From Candidatus Babelota bacterium (GTDB lineage: Bacteria; Babelota; Babeliae; Babelales; GCA-2401785): a DNA stretch of 61,831 bases. Location: NCBI GenBank assembly GCA_042576345.1, contig JBHPCE010000001.1, forward strand, positions 1 through 61,831, in the 5' to 3' direction. The position numbers were made by a program, and so were the translations under genes. The notes beneath the pieces are model-generated. The model was given only the letters and a program-made list of their open reading frames with translations, made no database searches and had not been told where the DNA came from. Below are positions 18,171-27,675 of this stretch, one piece after another. Every line of letters starts with the position of its first letter. The stretch's first letter is position 1.

Positions 18171-18202
18171 GATTTGTTTAGACATGAGAAATTTTGGCCA
18201 TA

Positions 18203-20605
18203 TCACTTCTTTTTTGAAGAACTCTTTTTCGTTGCCACCTTTTTCTTTGAAAAGGGTGATTTTACCAAAGTTTCTTTTAAAACCTCGTCCATAGTTTTGA
18301 CATAAACAATTTTGATGTCGCCACCAAGCTCTTTTTCGAATTCCTTGATGTCATTTTTGTTTTCCTCTGGAACTATCACTGTTTCAAATCCCAGGCGTCT
18401 TGCAGCCAAAAGCTTTTCTCTTAAACCGCCCACAGGAAGCACTCTTCCGCGCAATGTAACTTCTCCAGTCATTGCAATTTTGTCTTTTACTGCAATTTTG
18501 GTCAAAACAGAAGCTATCGCCGCACCAATTGTTATACCAGCAGAAGGACCGTCTTTTGGAATTGCGCCTTCTGGAATATGAATGTGAATATCCGAGCCAG
18601 AATAAAAATCAGTTTTTACACCTAGTTCTTTTGCTATGGCCCTTATGTAACTGAGCGCAGCCTGGGCCGACTCGTGCATAACCTCTCCAAGCTGTCCTGT
18701 GACAGTTAACTCGCCCTTACCCTTGAAAAATGTAACTTCCACTTCTAAAACGTCGCCGCCAACCTCTGTCCAAGCAAGTCCAGTTGCAACGCCACAGACG
18801 CCTTTTGTGAAAGTATGATGTGCTTTAAAATGAGGAGCTCCAAGCCATTCTTCCAATTTTTTTTCTGTGATGACAACTTTCTTGGGAGGCTTTTCTCCAA
18901 TTAAAAGCTGAATTGCTTTTCTGTAAAGCTTTGCGATCAGTCTTTCCAACTGACGCACTCCAGCCTCTTTTGTGTACTCTTTGATAACTTTTTTGACAAT
19001 GGCATCAGAACATTGAACTTGAGCAGGTTTTAAATCGTATTGCTTCAAAAGTTTTGACATCAGATGCTTTGTTGCAATTTCTAACTTTTCCTCCTGTGTG
19101 TAGCCAGAAAGATAAACAATCTCCATCCTATCAAAAAGAGGAGCCGGAATGTGATCCATAACATTTGCGGTTGTTACAAAAAGAACCTTAGAAAGGTCAT
19201 ATTCAACTTCTACAAAGTGATCCACAAAGCCTTTATTTTGCTCGGGATCCAAAACTTCCAACAATGCCGATGCGGGGTCTCCCCTCATGTCCGAAGACAT
19301 CTTGTCCACTTCGTCAAGCAAAATAAGCGGATTGATAACTTTTGCTTTTTTCATTGCCTGGACAATTTTGCCAGGCATTGCACCTATGTAAGTTCTTCTA
19401 TGGCCGCGTATTTCCGCCTCATCTCTAACACCACCAAGTGAGATCCTGACGAACTTTCTACCCATCGCCTTGGCAATAGATGCGGCCAAAGAGGTTTTTC
19501 CAACACCAGGAGGGCCAACAAGGCAAATTATTGGCGCACGTTCAAGCTTTTCTCCAGCAAACTTTTTGGCCGCCAAAAACTCAATAATCCTTTCCTTGGC
19601 CTTCTTCATGCCAGAATGAGTGGAATCTAAAATTTCTTCTGCCTCAGCCAAGCCAACCTTGTCTTTTGTCTGCTTGTACCACGGCACAGAGGTCAGCCAG
19701 TCAACAAAATTGCGACTCACAGCCGCTTCCGGCGATGATGCAGGCATTTGCTCCAACCTTCGGCATTCCGAAAGTACTTTTTCCTTAGCCTCTTCTGGCA
19801 ACTTTAATTTTTTAACCTTTTTCCGCAAACTCTCTATTTCCTGAGTGATATCTTCTCGCCCAAGCTCACGCTGTATTGCCCGGATTTGCTCGTTGAGATA
19901 ATAATCGCGCTGATGTTTTTCGATCTGACTTTGAACTCTTTTGCGCACACTCTTTTCGGCCTTAAAAACCTCTATTTCGTTCTGAATTAAGGCACATAGA
20001 TGTATTGCTCTTTCTTTAACATCAAGCATTTCCAATAGATTTTGTTTTTCCTTAAAATCCATCTGAACATGAACAGCAACCGAATCGACCAGCGTTTCAA
20101 GATCACTTACAGATTTCAGCGGTGTTAAAGCATCCGGAGAAATTCTATCGTTGTAGGACACATATTCTTTGAATGACAGGAAAATGCGCCTTGAAAGGGC
20201 CTTACGCTCTGTAGCACTCTCCACACCAATAGACTCAACGTCTTGTACAACAGCGTCCAGATAATCTTCTGCATCACCCGGTTCTATGACCCGCGCGCGC
20301 CTAATTCCCTCGACCAAGAGCTTCATTGTGCCGTCTGCATCCTTTTTCATCTGCAAAATCACAGCACGAGTTCCATACTCATAAACATCAGAAACTTTGG
20401 GTCTGACAACCTCACTCAATTTTTGAGACGTCAAAAAGACAGCCCTATCACTCTTGAGCGCCTCTTCAACGGCTCTCACAGAGATATCGCGGCCCACTCG
20501 GACCGGCAAAATCCCCTTTGGGAGCGCCACAACGTTTTTTAGAGGCAAAATGGGAAGAAGCCTTCCCTGAAAAACTTGATCTTTTTTTTCTGCATCTTTA
20601 GGCAT
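18203..20605 (-). CDS. lon: ATP-dependent Lon protease (LonA), copy 2
   Basis: It carries GPPGVGKTS, LILLDEVDK, PKDGPSAGIT and GGLREKLLAARR. The RBS AAGGAA lies upstream. The C-terminal tail is K-rich. Confidence 0.95.
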   Translation of the reverse strand: MPKDAEKKDQVFQGRLLPILPLKNVVALPKGILPVRVGRDISVRAVEEALKSDRAVFLTSQKLSEVVRPKVSDVYEYGTRAVILQMKKDADGTMKLLVEGIRRARVIEPGDAEDYLDAVVQDVESIGVESATERKALSRRIFLSFKEYVSYNDRISPDALTPLKSVSDLETLVDSVAVHVQMDFKEKQNLLEMLDVKERAIHLCALIQNEIEVFKAEKSVRKRVQSQIEKHQRDYYLNEQIRAIQRELGREDITQEIESLRKKVKKLKLPEEAKEKVLSECRRLEQMPASSPEAAVSRNFVDWLTSVPWYKQTKDKVGLAEAEEILDSTHSGMKKAKERIIEFLAAKKFAGEKLERAPIICLVGPPGVGKTSLAASIAKAMGRKFVRISLGGVRDEAEIRGHRRTYIGAMPGKIVQAMKKAKVINPLILLDEVDKMSSDMRGDPASALLEVLDPEQNKGFVDHFVEVEYDLSKVLFVTTANVMDHIPAPLFDRMEIVYLSGYTQEEKLEIATKHLMSKLLKQYDLKPAQVQCSDAIVKKVIKEYTKEAGVRQLERLIAKLYRKAIQLLIGEKPPKKVVITEKKLEEWLGAPHFKAHHTFTKGVCGVATGLAWTEVGGDVLEVEVTFFKGKGELTVTGQLGEVMHESAQAALSYIRAIAKELGVKTDFYSGSDIHIHIPEGAIPKDGPSAGITIGAAIASVLTKIAVKDKIAMTGEVTLRGRVLPVGGLREKLLAARRLGFETVIVPEENKNDIKEFEKELGGDIKIVYVKTMDEVLKETLVKSPFSKKKVATKKSSSKKK

Positions 20606-20837
20606 GTTTTTCCTTAATTTATGAGTCTTTTTTCAAATCAGTTTCCATTTATAAGTCCACAACACATCACTCTGACTGTCAACAAGCAAAATCCTAAAGC
20701 CCTTCTTTAAATTTTGTCAAATTAACCTGCAGGCCTAAAAAACCACAAATTTTCTGTTCAAAATTGCTACAACACAATCACCATTTTACCATTTGAAAAC
20801 ATTTTTAATAAACACTCGAGCAAAAGCAATTTCGCGT

Positions 20838-20866
20838 TTGCACTTTCAAAATAGCTACAATATACT
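20838..20866 (+). promoter_or_regulatory. Candidate sigma70-type promoter upstream of the nucleotide transporter genes
   Basis: The layout is TTGCAC - 17 nt - TATACT. It lies about 170 nt upstream of the ATG at 21034. Confidence 0.3.
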
Positions 20867-21033
20867 GAAAATCGATCGTTTCTAGATTATGGCCTAACTG
20901 AAAGGAAAACTCGATTTGAAAGGCCTCAAATCAAATATCAACACCTTTACTTGTCCACGGTCTTCTGTTTCGAAGTTGTATAAAAATATACGCAGGTTGC
21001 ATTTTTTACAACAGTTTTTATAGAGGGGTTCAT

Positions 21034-22437
21034 ATGAACAATTATGGCCAAGAGAATGTAAGTCAAACTTCAAAACAAGGTTGGTTTAAGCATATTTGGC
21101 CATTCACAGGCGTTGAAAGCCAAAGAACCTTTTACTTCTCAGTTATCTTTTCATGTATCATTTTCTCTTATTCGATAATAAAACCACTCAAAGACACCAT
21201 TTTCATAGGCTTTATAGGCCCATCTTATCTTCCTTGGGCCAAACTTTTGATGCTGGCATCTCTGCCAATCTTCATGCCCCTTTATTCAGCCGCTGACAAC
21301 AAAGAAAAAAGAAATCGTGCGATAATGATTTTTAGTACATTCTACGGCCTAGTTTGCCTTATATTCGCCGTACTTTTCCTGAGTCCAACGATGGGCATTG
21401 CAAACACAGCAACCGGCCCAGGCAGAATTCTTGGATGGATTTTTTATGCAATAATGGATTTTTTCTCGATAGCAGTTGTTGCAACTTTTTGGGCCATGAT
21501 CAACTCTATCAGCACCCCAAACACGGCTAAAAAACAATATGGTATAATGGTTGCAGCCTCTAGAGGTCTTGGTGCGATAGCTGCCGGCCTTGGAACCGTC
21601 CTTACCTGGATAGGCATAAAAGACACAACATCTATCCCAACTATGATTGCTCTTGCCGGCATAAGCCTTGTTTTATGTACATTTTTAGCACACAAGATGT
21701 TTAAAAAGATCCCTCAAGATCACTTAAAAGGATACTCCGACGAACACGAAAAAGATAAAAGCAAATCATCAGTACCGAAAAACGCCTGGTCAAACCTAAA
21801 GACCCTTGTCACAAGGCCATATACATTTGGAATGTTCTGGCTTTTGTGTAGTTTTGAATTAATTTCTGCTTTGATGAACTACAGGATGCAATGCCTCATT
21901 GCACAATCTGCCAAAACAATCGGTGGAATCGGCAAGTTCATGTTTGCCTACACCTTTATTTTCCAAATTTTGGGACTTCTACTGGCTCTTTTTGGAACGA
22001 CAAAACTTCTCAAAAATTTTGGAGTCAGGTTCAGCCTTTTACTAACCCCGCTTATTGTTCTTTTACTCTCGTTCAGCCTAGTTTTCCTTAACAATTTGGC
22101 TGTGATAACAACATTAATGATATCGCTCAGAACACTTAACTACAGCCTTGATGTACCTGTTAAAGAAATATTATTTATCCCAACAACCCACAACATTCAA
22201 TATCAGGTTAAAGGCTGGATCGCATCTTTTGGAAAAACAATCTCAAAAACCACCGGTTCTTTGTTTAACGGCATAGCCGCAACTGCTTCTGCAAGAATTT
22301 TCTTGCGGACAGTAACGTATGCGCCCATTGTTTTAAGTTTTTTCTGGATTTTAACCGCCTTCATCGTTGGCAAAACATACAAAAAAGCTATAGATGCAGG
22401 AGCTGTGATCGGAGAAGACGACGTATCCACGGAGTGA
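21034..22437 (+). CDS. Tlc/NTT-family nucleotide transporter (ATP/ADP translocase-like), copy 1
   Basis: It is a polytopic protein of 467 aa. The N-terminal SIIKPLKDTIF corresponds to the LRSIKDGF box of Rickettsia Tlc. FWAMINSISTPNTAKKQYG corresponds to FWQFANQIT..EAKRFY. The C-terminal IP....KG.I..FGK...K..G box is also present. Confidence 0.65.
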   Translation: MNNYGQENVSQTSKQGWFKHIWPFTGVESQRTFYFSVIFSCIIFSYSIIKPLKDTIFIGFIGPSYLPWAKLLMLASLPIFMPLYSAADNKEKRNRAIMIFSTFYGLVCLIFAVLFLSPTMGIANTATGPGRILGWIFYAIMDFFSIAVVATFWAMINSISTPNTAKKQYGIMVAASRGLGAIAAGLGTVLTWIGIKDTTSIPTMIALAGISLVLCTFLAHKMFKKIPQDHLKGYSDEHEKDKSKSSVPKNAWSNLKTLVTRPYTFGMFWLLCSFELISALMNYRMQCLIAQSAKTIGGIGKFMFAYTFIFQILGLLLALFGTTKLLKNFGVRFSLLLTPLIVLLLSFSLVFLNNLAVITTLMISLRTLNYSLDVPVKEILFIPTTHNIQYQVKGWIASFGKTISKTTGSLFNGIAATASARIFLRTVTYAPIVLSFFWILTAFIVGKTYKKAIDAGAVIGEDDVSTE

Positions 22438-22515
22438 AAAGTTTAGATTCATGATTAAGTCCCAGCTTGCAAAAAACAACTCAGCAAAACTTTAATACAA
22501 CGCAGGAGAATAAAG

Positions 22516-23898
22516 ATGATAATCAAGAGGATAACTGAGCTCATAAAAAAACTAAGATCTTTAGACAAAGAAACTGCTAAAAAAATAATTTATCTCTCAT
22601 CAATTTATGCCCTTCTGATCTTCACATATTCCACCATCAGGCCAATTAAAGACGCCATATTCCTGGCAATGGTCGGAGCAAAGTTCCAACCAATTGCAAA
22701 ACTTGCAGTGATGGCCTTTTCGCCATTTTTTATAATTTTCTACTCAGCCATTGTCACAAGGATGAACCGAAAAAGGGCTTCTATGTCGCTCATAGGCGGA
22801 TATGCTGCCGCCTGCATCGCCCTTTCCTTAGCGTGCCTTCACCCTGTCCTTGGTATTTTGAACACTATAACGTCGCCATTCAGAATTTTAGGTTGGACAG
22901 CATACGCACTATTTGACATGTATCCTTTGGCCGTTATGACTTGTTTTTGGGCCCTTACAAGCTCAATCAGCACGCCAGACAAAGCCAGCACCCAATACGG
23001 CATAATGTCTGCCACATCAAGATTGGGCGGAATAATTGCATCAGGTTTTGGTTACATCGTAATGAAAAGTTCAATGCCAGTATATGCCACAATACCCGCA
23101 CTTACAGCGCTTTCTGGAACAATGCTTTTTGCAACCACTCTTCTGATCAAATCTATGTTCAAAAACATAAACAAAGAAAATCTAAAAGGTTACACTGATC
23201 AGAAAGCTGGATCGCCAACCAAAAGAAAAAAACCCGGTCTCTTAGAAGGTCTCAAGGCTGTTGTCAGAGAACCTTACGCATTCGGGATATTCACAATATT
23301 TTGTTCTTACGAGCTTATTTCAGCACTGGCAACGTTTAGAACTCAATGTTTGATCACGGCCCAGACGGCTCATTCAATGCAAAAAATAGGTTCCTACGTT
23401 TTTGGATACACTTTTATTTTCCAATCAATCGGCTTTTTCATAGCTCTTTTTGGAACAACCACTTTGCCAAAAAAACTTGGTATGAAAATCAGCCTTCTCA
23501 TAACACCAGCAATATTATTTATCTTTTCAGCAGCTCTTATCGGCAACCTAAATTTATACTCTTTGACCGCAATGATGATCGCCATGAAGGCCTTAAATTA
23601 CGGTTTTAACATACCGGTACGTGAAATGCTCTTCATCCCAACAAGCCGAAACATCCAGTTTATGGCAAAGGGCTGGATCGACTCATTCGGAAAAACCTTC
23701 AGTAAAGCCACAGGATCTGTAATGAACTTGGCTTCGACAATGCCACACCTATCTTCCCTTTCCGTAATGCTCGCGCCCATATCTCTAGCAATCAGCGCAG
23801 TCTGGGGCATCATCGCAATGGCTCTTGGAAACAAGTTCCAAAATGCGGTCAAAAAATCAGAGGTTATAGGACAAAAACAGCCAAAAAAGACACATTGA
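22516..23898 (+). CDS. Tlc/NTT-family nucleotide transporter, copy 2
   Basis: It is a paralog of the preceding gene (STIRPIKDAIF, FWALTSSISTPDKASTQYG, FIPTSRNIQFMAKGWIDSFGKTFSKATGS). Confidence 0.65.
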   Translation: MIIKRITELIKKLRSLDKETAKKIIYLSSIYALLIFTYSTIRPIKDAIFLAMVGAKFQPIAKLAVMAFSPFFIIFYSAIVTRMNRKRASMSLIGGYAAACIALSLACLHPVLGILNTITSPFRILGWTAYALFDMYPLAVMTCFWALTSSISTPDKASTQYGIMSATSRLGGIIASGFGYIVMKSSMPVYATIPALTALSGTMLFATTLLIKSMFKNINKENLKGYTDQKAGSPTKRKKPGLLEGLKAVVREPYAFGIFTIFCSYELISALATFRTQCLITAQTAHSMQKIGSYVFGYTFIFQSIGFFIALFGTTTLPKKLGMKISLLITPAILFIFSAALIGNLNLYSLTAMMIAMKALNYGFNIPVREMLFIPTSRNIQFMAKGWIDSFGKTFSKATGSVMNLASTMPHLSSLSVMLAPISLAISAVWGIIAMALGNKFQNAVKKSEVIGQKQPKKTH

Positions 23899-23915
23899 AG
23901 CAATCGAAAAAAAAT

Positions 23916-23944
23916 TTTACATCTCAAAAAATACATGTTATTAT
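23916..23944 (+). promoter_or_regulatory. Conserved promoter box A (TTTACA-17-TATTAT)
   Basis: The sequence tttaca tctcaaaaaatacatgt tattat recurs almost unchanged at 25114-25142. Confidence 0.5.
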
Positions 23945-24097
23945 ACCTATCGAGTTACAAACGTATAAAGTCTATTTTACTACTGCGTTTCATGAGCTTA
24001 ATTATTAAAAGGCTCCGCCACTCAACAGTTTTGGCATAGAGATAATCCAGAAAAATGTAAAAAAAATATATCGACGTTTTAAAAAAGGAAAATTATC

Positions 24098-24835
24098 ATG
24101 TATCTGAAAAATAAATCATTTTCACTTCTGTCATTTCTTCTGATTGCATTTTCTACTGGTTTAAAACCAAAGGAGGTCACAAATGATCAAGAAAAATGGA
24201 GACGCATAGCAAAATATTTGGTTTGTAAAGACGAAGTTATAAGTTACGCAAAAAGTTATGGAACAAAGTGGGGCGCAGTTATTCTTGCCCTTTCAACATC
24301 ATCTTTAACCATATTAGTGTATAAAGCATTTCTTATTAAAAATTTATTTAAAGATGCGGTCTTACCTAGACAACCTAATGATCAAAACTCAATTTTAAGT
24401 AATATTCCTCCCAGCATAGCAATCGCTGCTATACCATTTTCTATTTTCAGTGTAATTGGCGCAATCGCAGGAAGATATGGAGCCGGCAAAACCGCCTCTA
24501 AGTCTATCGATAAGATTAAAACCAATCGCATTAAAAAACTGTTTTTTCGAACAGAAAGGTGGCTTGAAAAAAACACTCCTGAAGAGGTAAAAACCTTAAT
24601 CATAAAATACAAGGAAACTGCAGACGTACGCCCAATAGAAGATCAAGATTTTATACTAATTTCAAATAAAATAGAAAAACTGTGGGAAGAAAATTCTCAA
24701 AATGAAGATAATTTGGCTGAATTGACTGAAAAGGAAATAGATGAATTAAGAAAAGATATTTGGACGGTATTTCGGAATGCATTGTTTATCGGCTCAAATA
24801 ACAACGGCAATGGTTTTAAGCTTACTTTTCTGTAA
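24098..24835 (+). CDS. Hypothetical membrane protein with a hydrophobic hairpin
   Basis: It has a signal-like N-terminus and two hydrophobic segments (AVILALSTSSLTILVYKAFLI ... IAIAAIPFSIFSVIGAIAG). The RBS AAGGA lies upstream. Confidence 0.6.
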   Translation: MYLKNKSFSLLSFLLIAFSTGLKPKEVTNDQEKWRRIAKYLVCKDEVISYAKSYGTKWGAVILALSTSSLTILVYKAFLIKNLFKDAVLPRQPNDQNSILSNIPPSIAIAAIPFSIFSVIGAIAGRYGAGKTASKSIDKIKTNRIKKLFFRTERWLEKNTPEEVKTLIIKYKETADVRPIEDQDFILISNKIEKLWEENSQNEDNLAELTEKEIDELRKDIWTVFRNALFIGSNNNGNGFKLTFL

Positions 24836-25113
24836 AAATTTTGTTGTAGGTAACCCTTCGCACCACCCAATCCACATAGCTATAAAAAAAATACGGAATT
24901 CCGATTTTAGCGGACCGTGGAACCAGCTGCTACACGGCAAATCAGGCGCTACGCAACAAGATAAGGGAGGCAGTTCAACACTCTACTTTTGCTCTACACA
25001 AAACGTGTAAATTAAAGAAGGACTGTTTTCGCCCTCGTATTTAACGGTAAAGCCATGCAAAATCATTCAGATCAAAGCTCTGGTAAGTGACTTACGGAAG
25101 CAGAAAATAACAT

Positions 25114-25142
25114 TTTACATCTCATAAAATGTGTGTTATTAT
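25114..25142 (+). promoter_or_regulatory. Conserved promoter box B (TTTACA-17-TATTAT)
   Basis: The sequence is tttaca tctcataaaatgtgtgt tattat. Its flanks are also similar to those of box A. Confidence 0.5.
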
Positions 25143-25188
25143 GCATATTGAGTAGTTTTCTAGTTGAGTTTTTAAGAAAGAACATGGA

Positions 25189-25908
25189 GTGGTTGACATG
25201 AAGATGAAAAATATATTTATGGGCATTATTGCGATATTCCTTTCACAAAACATAATCAAAACAACAGAACCATCCCCCTTGACAGTACTTAAAGAGGATG
25301 GAATAAATTTACAGGAAGCGGAAGACATAAGTTCTCGTTTAAATTTGCAACAAAAAATAGATGCGACCAAACAAATCATTAAATCTAGGAGTTCGGCTAC
25401 TGTTACATTTAAACTTAACGGAAAGTTTTACTTCTTTACGCCATTTACAAAAAAATGGTACGTAATTGGATCGTCAAAAGAAACTTCCGAACTTAATGAT
25501 GATGATCTAAAAGAAATCTCTGAGAAAGAATTGCAAAAACTCATACCACCAACAATTATTGGATCGCCAAAAGAAATTTCCGAACTTAATTTCGAAAACG
25601 TTACCTTAGGCTCACTAAAATCACCCTACGCTCTCCTTACAGCCTCGGGAATTTTAATCCCTGTGGGAACGTTAATCTACTACATTATAAAATCAAAAAA
25701 TAAAGGCATGGGCGATAAAATTAAACAAGCGTTCAGAAAATTGTTAAGAAACAAGATTCTGCTTGCATCTTCACTGACACTTTTGACTGTAGGAATCGGC
25801 TCCAAGTGCCTCAACAGAGTGTTCGAAAGTGAAGGGCCATGTAAAACATTTGTTGATTTCATGAACAAGCCATTGGAAGGCTGGAAGAAGTCTGGCGATG
25901 ACGACTAA
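25189..25908 (+). CDS. Secreted/membrane protein, family member A, with a shared C-terminal hairpin module
   Basis: It has a signal peptide and an internal repeat (GSSKETSELN / GSPKEISELN). The C-terminal module ENVTLGSLKSPYALLTASGILIPVGTLIYYIIKSKNKGMGDKIKQ... is shared with 26244-27020. The ATG at 25198 may be the true start. Confidence 0.65.
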   Translation: MVDMKMKNIFMGIIAIFLSQNIIKTTEPSPLTVLKEDGINLQEAEDISSRLNLQQKIDATKQIIKSRSSATVTFKLNGKFYFFTPFTKKWYVIGSSKETSELNDDDLKEISEKELQKLIPPTIIGSPKEISELNFENVTLGSLKSPYALLTASGILIPVGTLIYYIIKSKNKGMGDKIKQAFRKLLRNKILLASSLTLLTVGIGSKCLNRVFESEGPCKTFVDFMNKPLEGWKKSGDDD

Positions 25909-27020
25909 TCAAAGAATCTTTTTAGTTTTGGCCTTTGGCGCTTTTACGTTGGGATTGAGGGCGACTGACGAAACACAAAGCCTCATAGAACAAATAAAAC
26001 GTTGCCAAGACTTCACGAAAACCGAAGGAAAAAGTACTGAAAAGATTTTTAAAAGTATGAATCCGGGCCAAAAGGTTACGTTGGAAGGCGATCTTACCAT
26101 TTACAGAATCAGTGTTGGTGGAAAACCTAAATATGCCCTTAAAGCAAACTATGATGAAAGCGATTTCGCCCTATATGATAATTTAGATGATTTAAGAAAA
26201 ATATTCACAGAAAGTAACTTTCCAAGTATAAAATCTCAAATACATGTACAACACGATAACTCCCCCCCCCCCAAAAATTGGATTTAACATTACTGTTGAC
26301 GGAATAGATTTTTCATGCCAGGGAAACCAAAAACGTGAATGGGATGTTTTTGAAAATGAAGTTAAAAGAAAGCCAACCTATAAAGAACTTTTACTCATAA
26401 CAGAAAAATGCATTTCCTTATCCAAAGCTCATAAATATTACAGAATATTCACTCCAAAACTTCCAATATCCTTTCACGGAAATCCTTTCGTTCATCTCGG
26501 GTTTAAGCCGCCAAAGCCAAAGCCAAAGCCAAAGCCAAAGCAAGAGCCAGCAGATGACGATACTGATAAGGCGCCTCTAGAAAACGTTACCTTAGGCTCA
26601 CTAAAATCACCCTACGCTCTCCTTACAGCCTCGGGAATTTTAATCCCTGTGGGAACGTTAATCTACTACATTATAAAATCAAAAAATAAAGGCATGGGCG
26701 ATAAAATTAAACAAGCCCTCGGCAAACTTGTCAAAAACAAAATTGCACTCCTATCCTCACTCACACTTTTGACCGTAGGAATCGGTTCAAAATGCCTCAA
26801 TGGAGTGTTTTCAGATGAAGGACTATGCAATACCGTTTTTGATTTCATGAACACACCTCTGGGAAGCTCAAAGAAGTCTGAGGTAGGTAGACTCGAAGAA
26901 TTTGAAGATTTATACCCAGAAATTACCACTGGCCCCATTGGTGGTGGCTTACATGACGATAGTGATAACTCACGTCTTCTTCACGGTGAAGAAAATACAG
27001 AGTACGCTGATCAAAGTTGA
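25898..27020 (+). pseudogene. Family member B, split into two ORFs (25898-26287 and 26244-27020) by a C11 homopolymer. It is either a phase-variable gene in the OFF state or a homopolymer sequencing error.
   Basis: The first ORF has a signal peptide (MTTNQRIFLVLAFGAFTLGLRA) and ends ...HDNSPPPKNWI*. The second reads ...TPPPPKIGFNITVDG... and lacks its own signal peptide or RBS. A run of C10 or C13 would fuse them in frame. Confidence 0.6.
26262..26272 (+). repeat. Homopolymeric C11 tract
   Basis: Counted directly: t26261, then 11 C, then aaaaa. Confidence 0.95.
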
Positions 27021-27034
27021 CTCTAAGAGTAACC

Positions 27035-27583
27035 CTAAATCGCGCATAGCCCTAGCAATGCCACAATGCTTGCAAGAACTGACTTTCTCCAAACACAAAC
27101 ATCGTCGCGCGACTCGTAGATAAAAATTCCATGATTACCATATTTCATTGGCCAACCAATTGTGCTTGGATTTTCTATTTCAAACTCGCTCAATATTTTT
27201 GAATGATCACTTTTTTGGCGGTTAAGGCTACAAGACTTAAACGACCTGACGTTTTTGTTGAACGTCAGGTCGTTCATCGTTTTTGCCGATTCTACGGGAT
27301 TTTTCCAGACATCATCCGGGGGAGCCTCAAACTCTCCATGATGAAATCCTGCAATTCCATGAAGACAGTCAAAGTCGGGGTTGTCGACAAGATAGGCCGC
27401 TTTCTTAAGACCAAACCTTCCAGGGTTGGAAATGTCATACAGCACCAACTGCGCAAGACCATCGACGTGATGATTTTGAACAATTTTATGCGGCAGGGCC
27501 AAAATGCCGTCCACAAGGCCACGTTCGCTGGCGCTCAGTATATCGCCGCGATCTTTTACTGCATCCATTTCCTTTTCCCCCAA
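27035..27583 (-). CDS. Hypothetical protein with a hydrophobic C-terminal tail
   Basis: The ORF is 182 aa with no recognised motif. Confidence 0.5.
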   Translation of the reverse strand: MGEKEMDAVKDRGDILSASERGLVDGILALPHKIVQNHHVDGLAQLVLYDISNPGRFGLKKAAYLVDNPDFDCLHGIAGFHHGEFEAPPDDVWKNPVESAKTMNDLTFNKNVRSFKSCSLNRQKSDHSKILSEFEIENPSTIGWPMKYGNHGIFIYESRDDVCVWRKSVLASIVALLGLCAI

Positions 27584-27675
27584 ATAGACACATCACAAAG
27601 TGTATAAGATGCGCCCTAAAAACAACACTCGAATATTAACACCTTTTCCCTTGTTAAAACAACAAACTGCCATTT

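Noticed and set aside
24836-25113. A 280-bp gap with an unannotated 77-aa ORF (24777-25010) was examined for a small RNA or tRNA.
   Set aside because: No tRNA T-arm/acceptor pattern, no SRP/tmRNA/6S-like conserved blocks and no strong structure were found. The ORF lacks an RBS and overlaps the upstream gene end.
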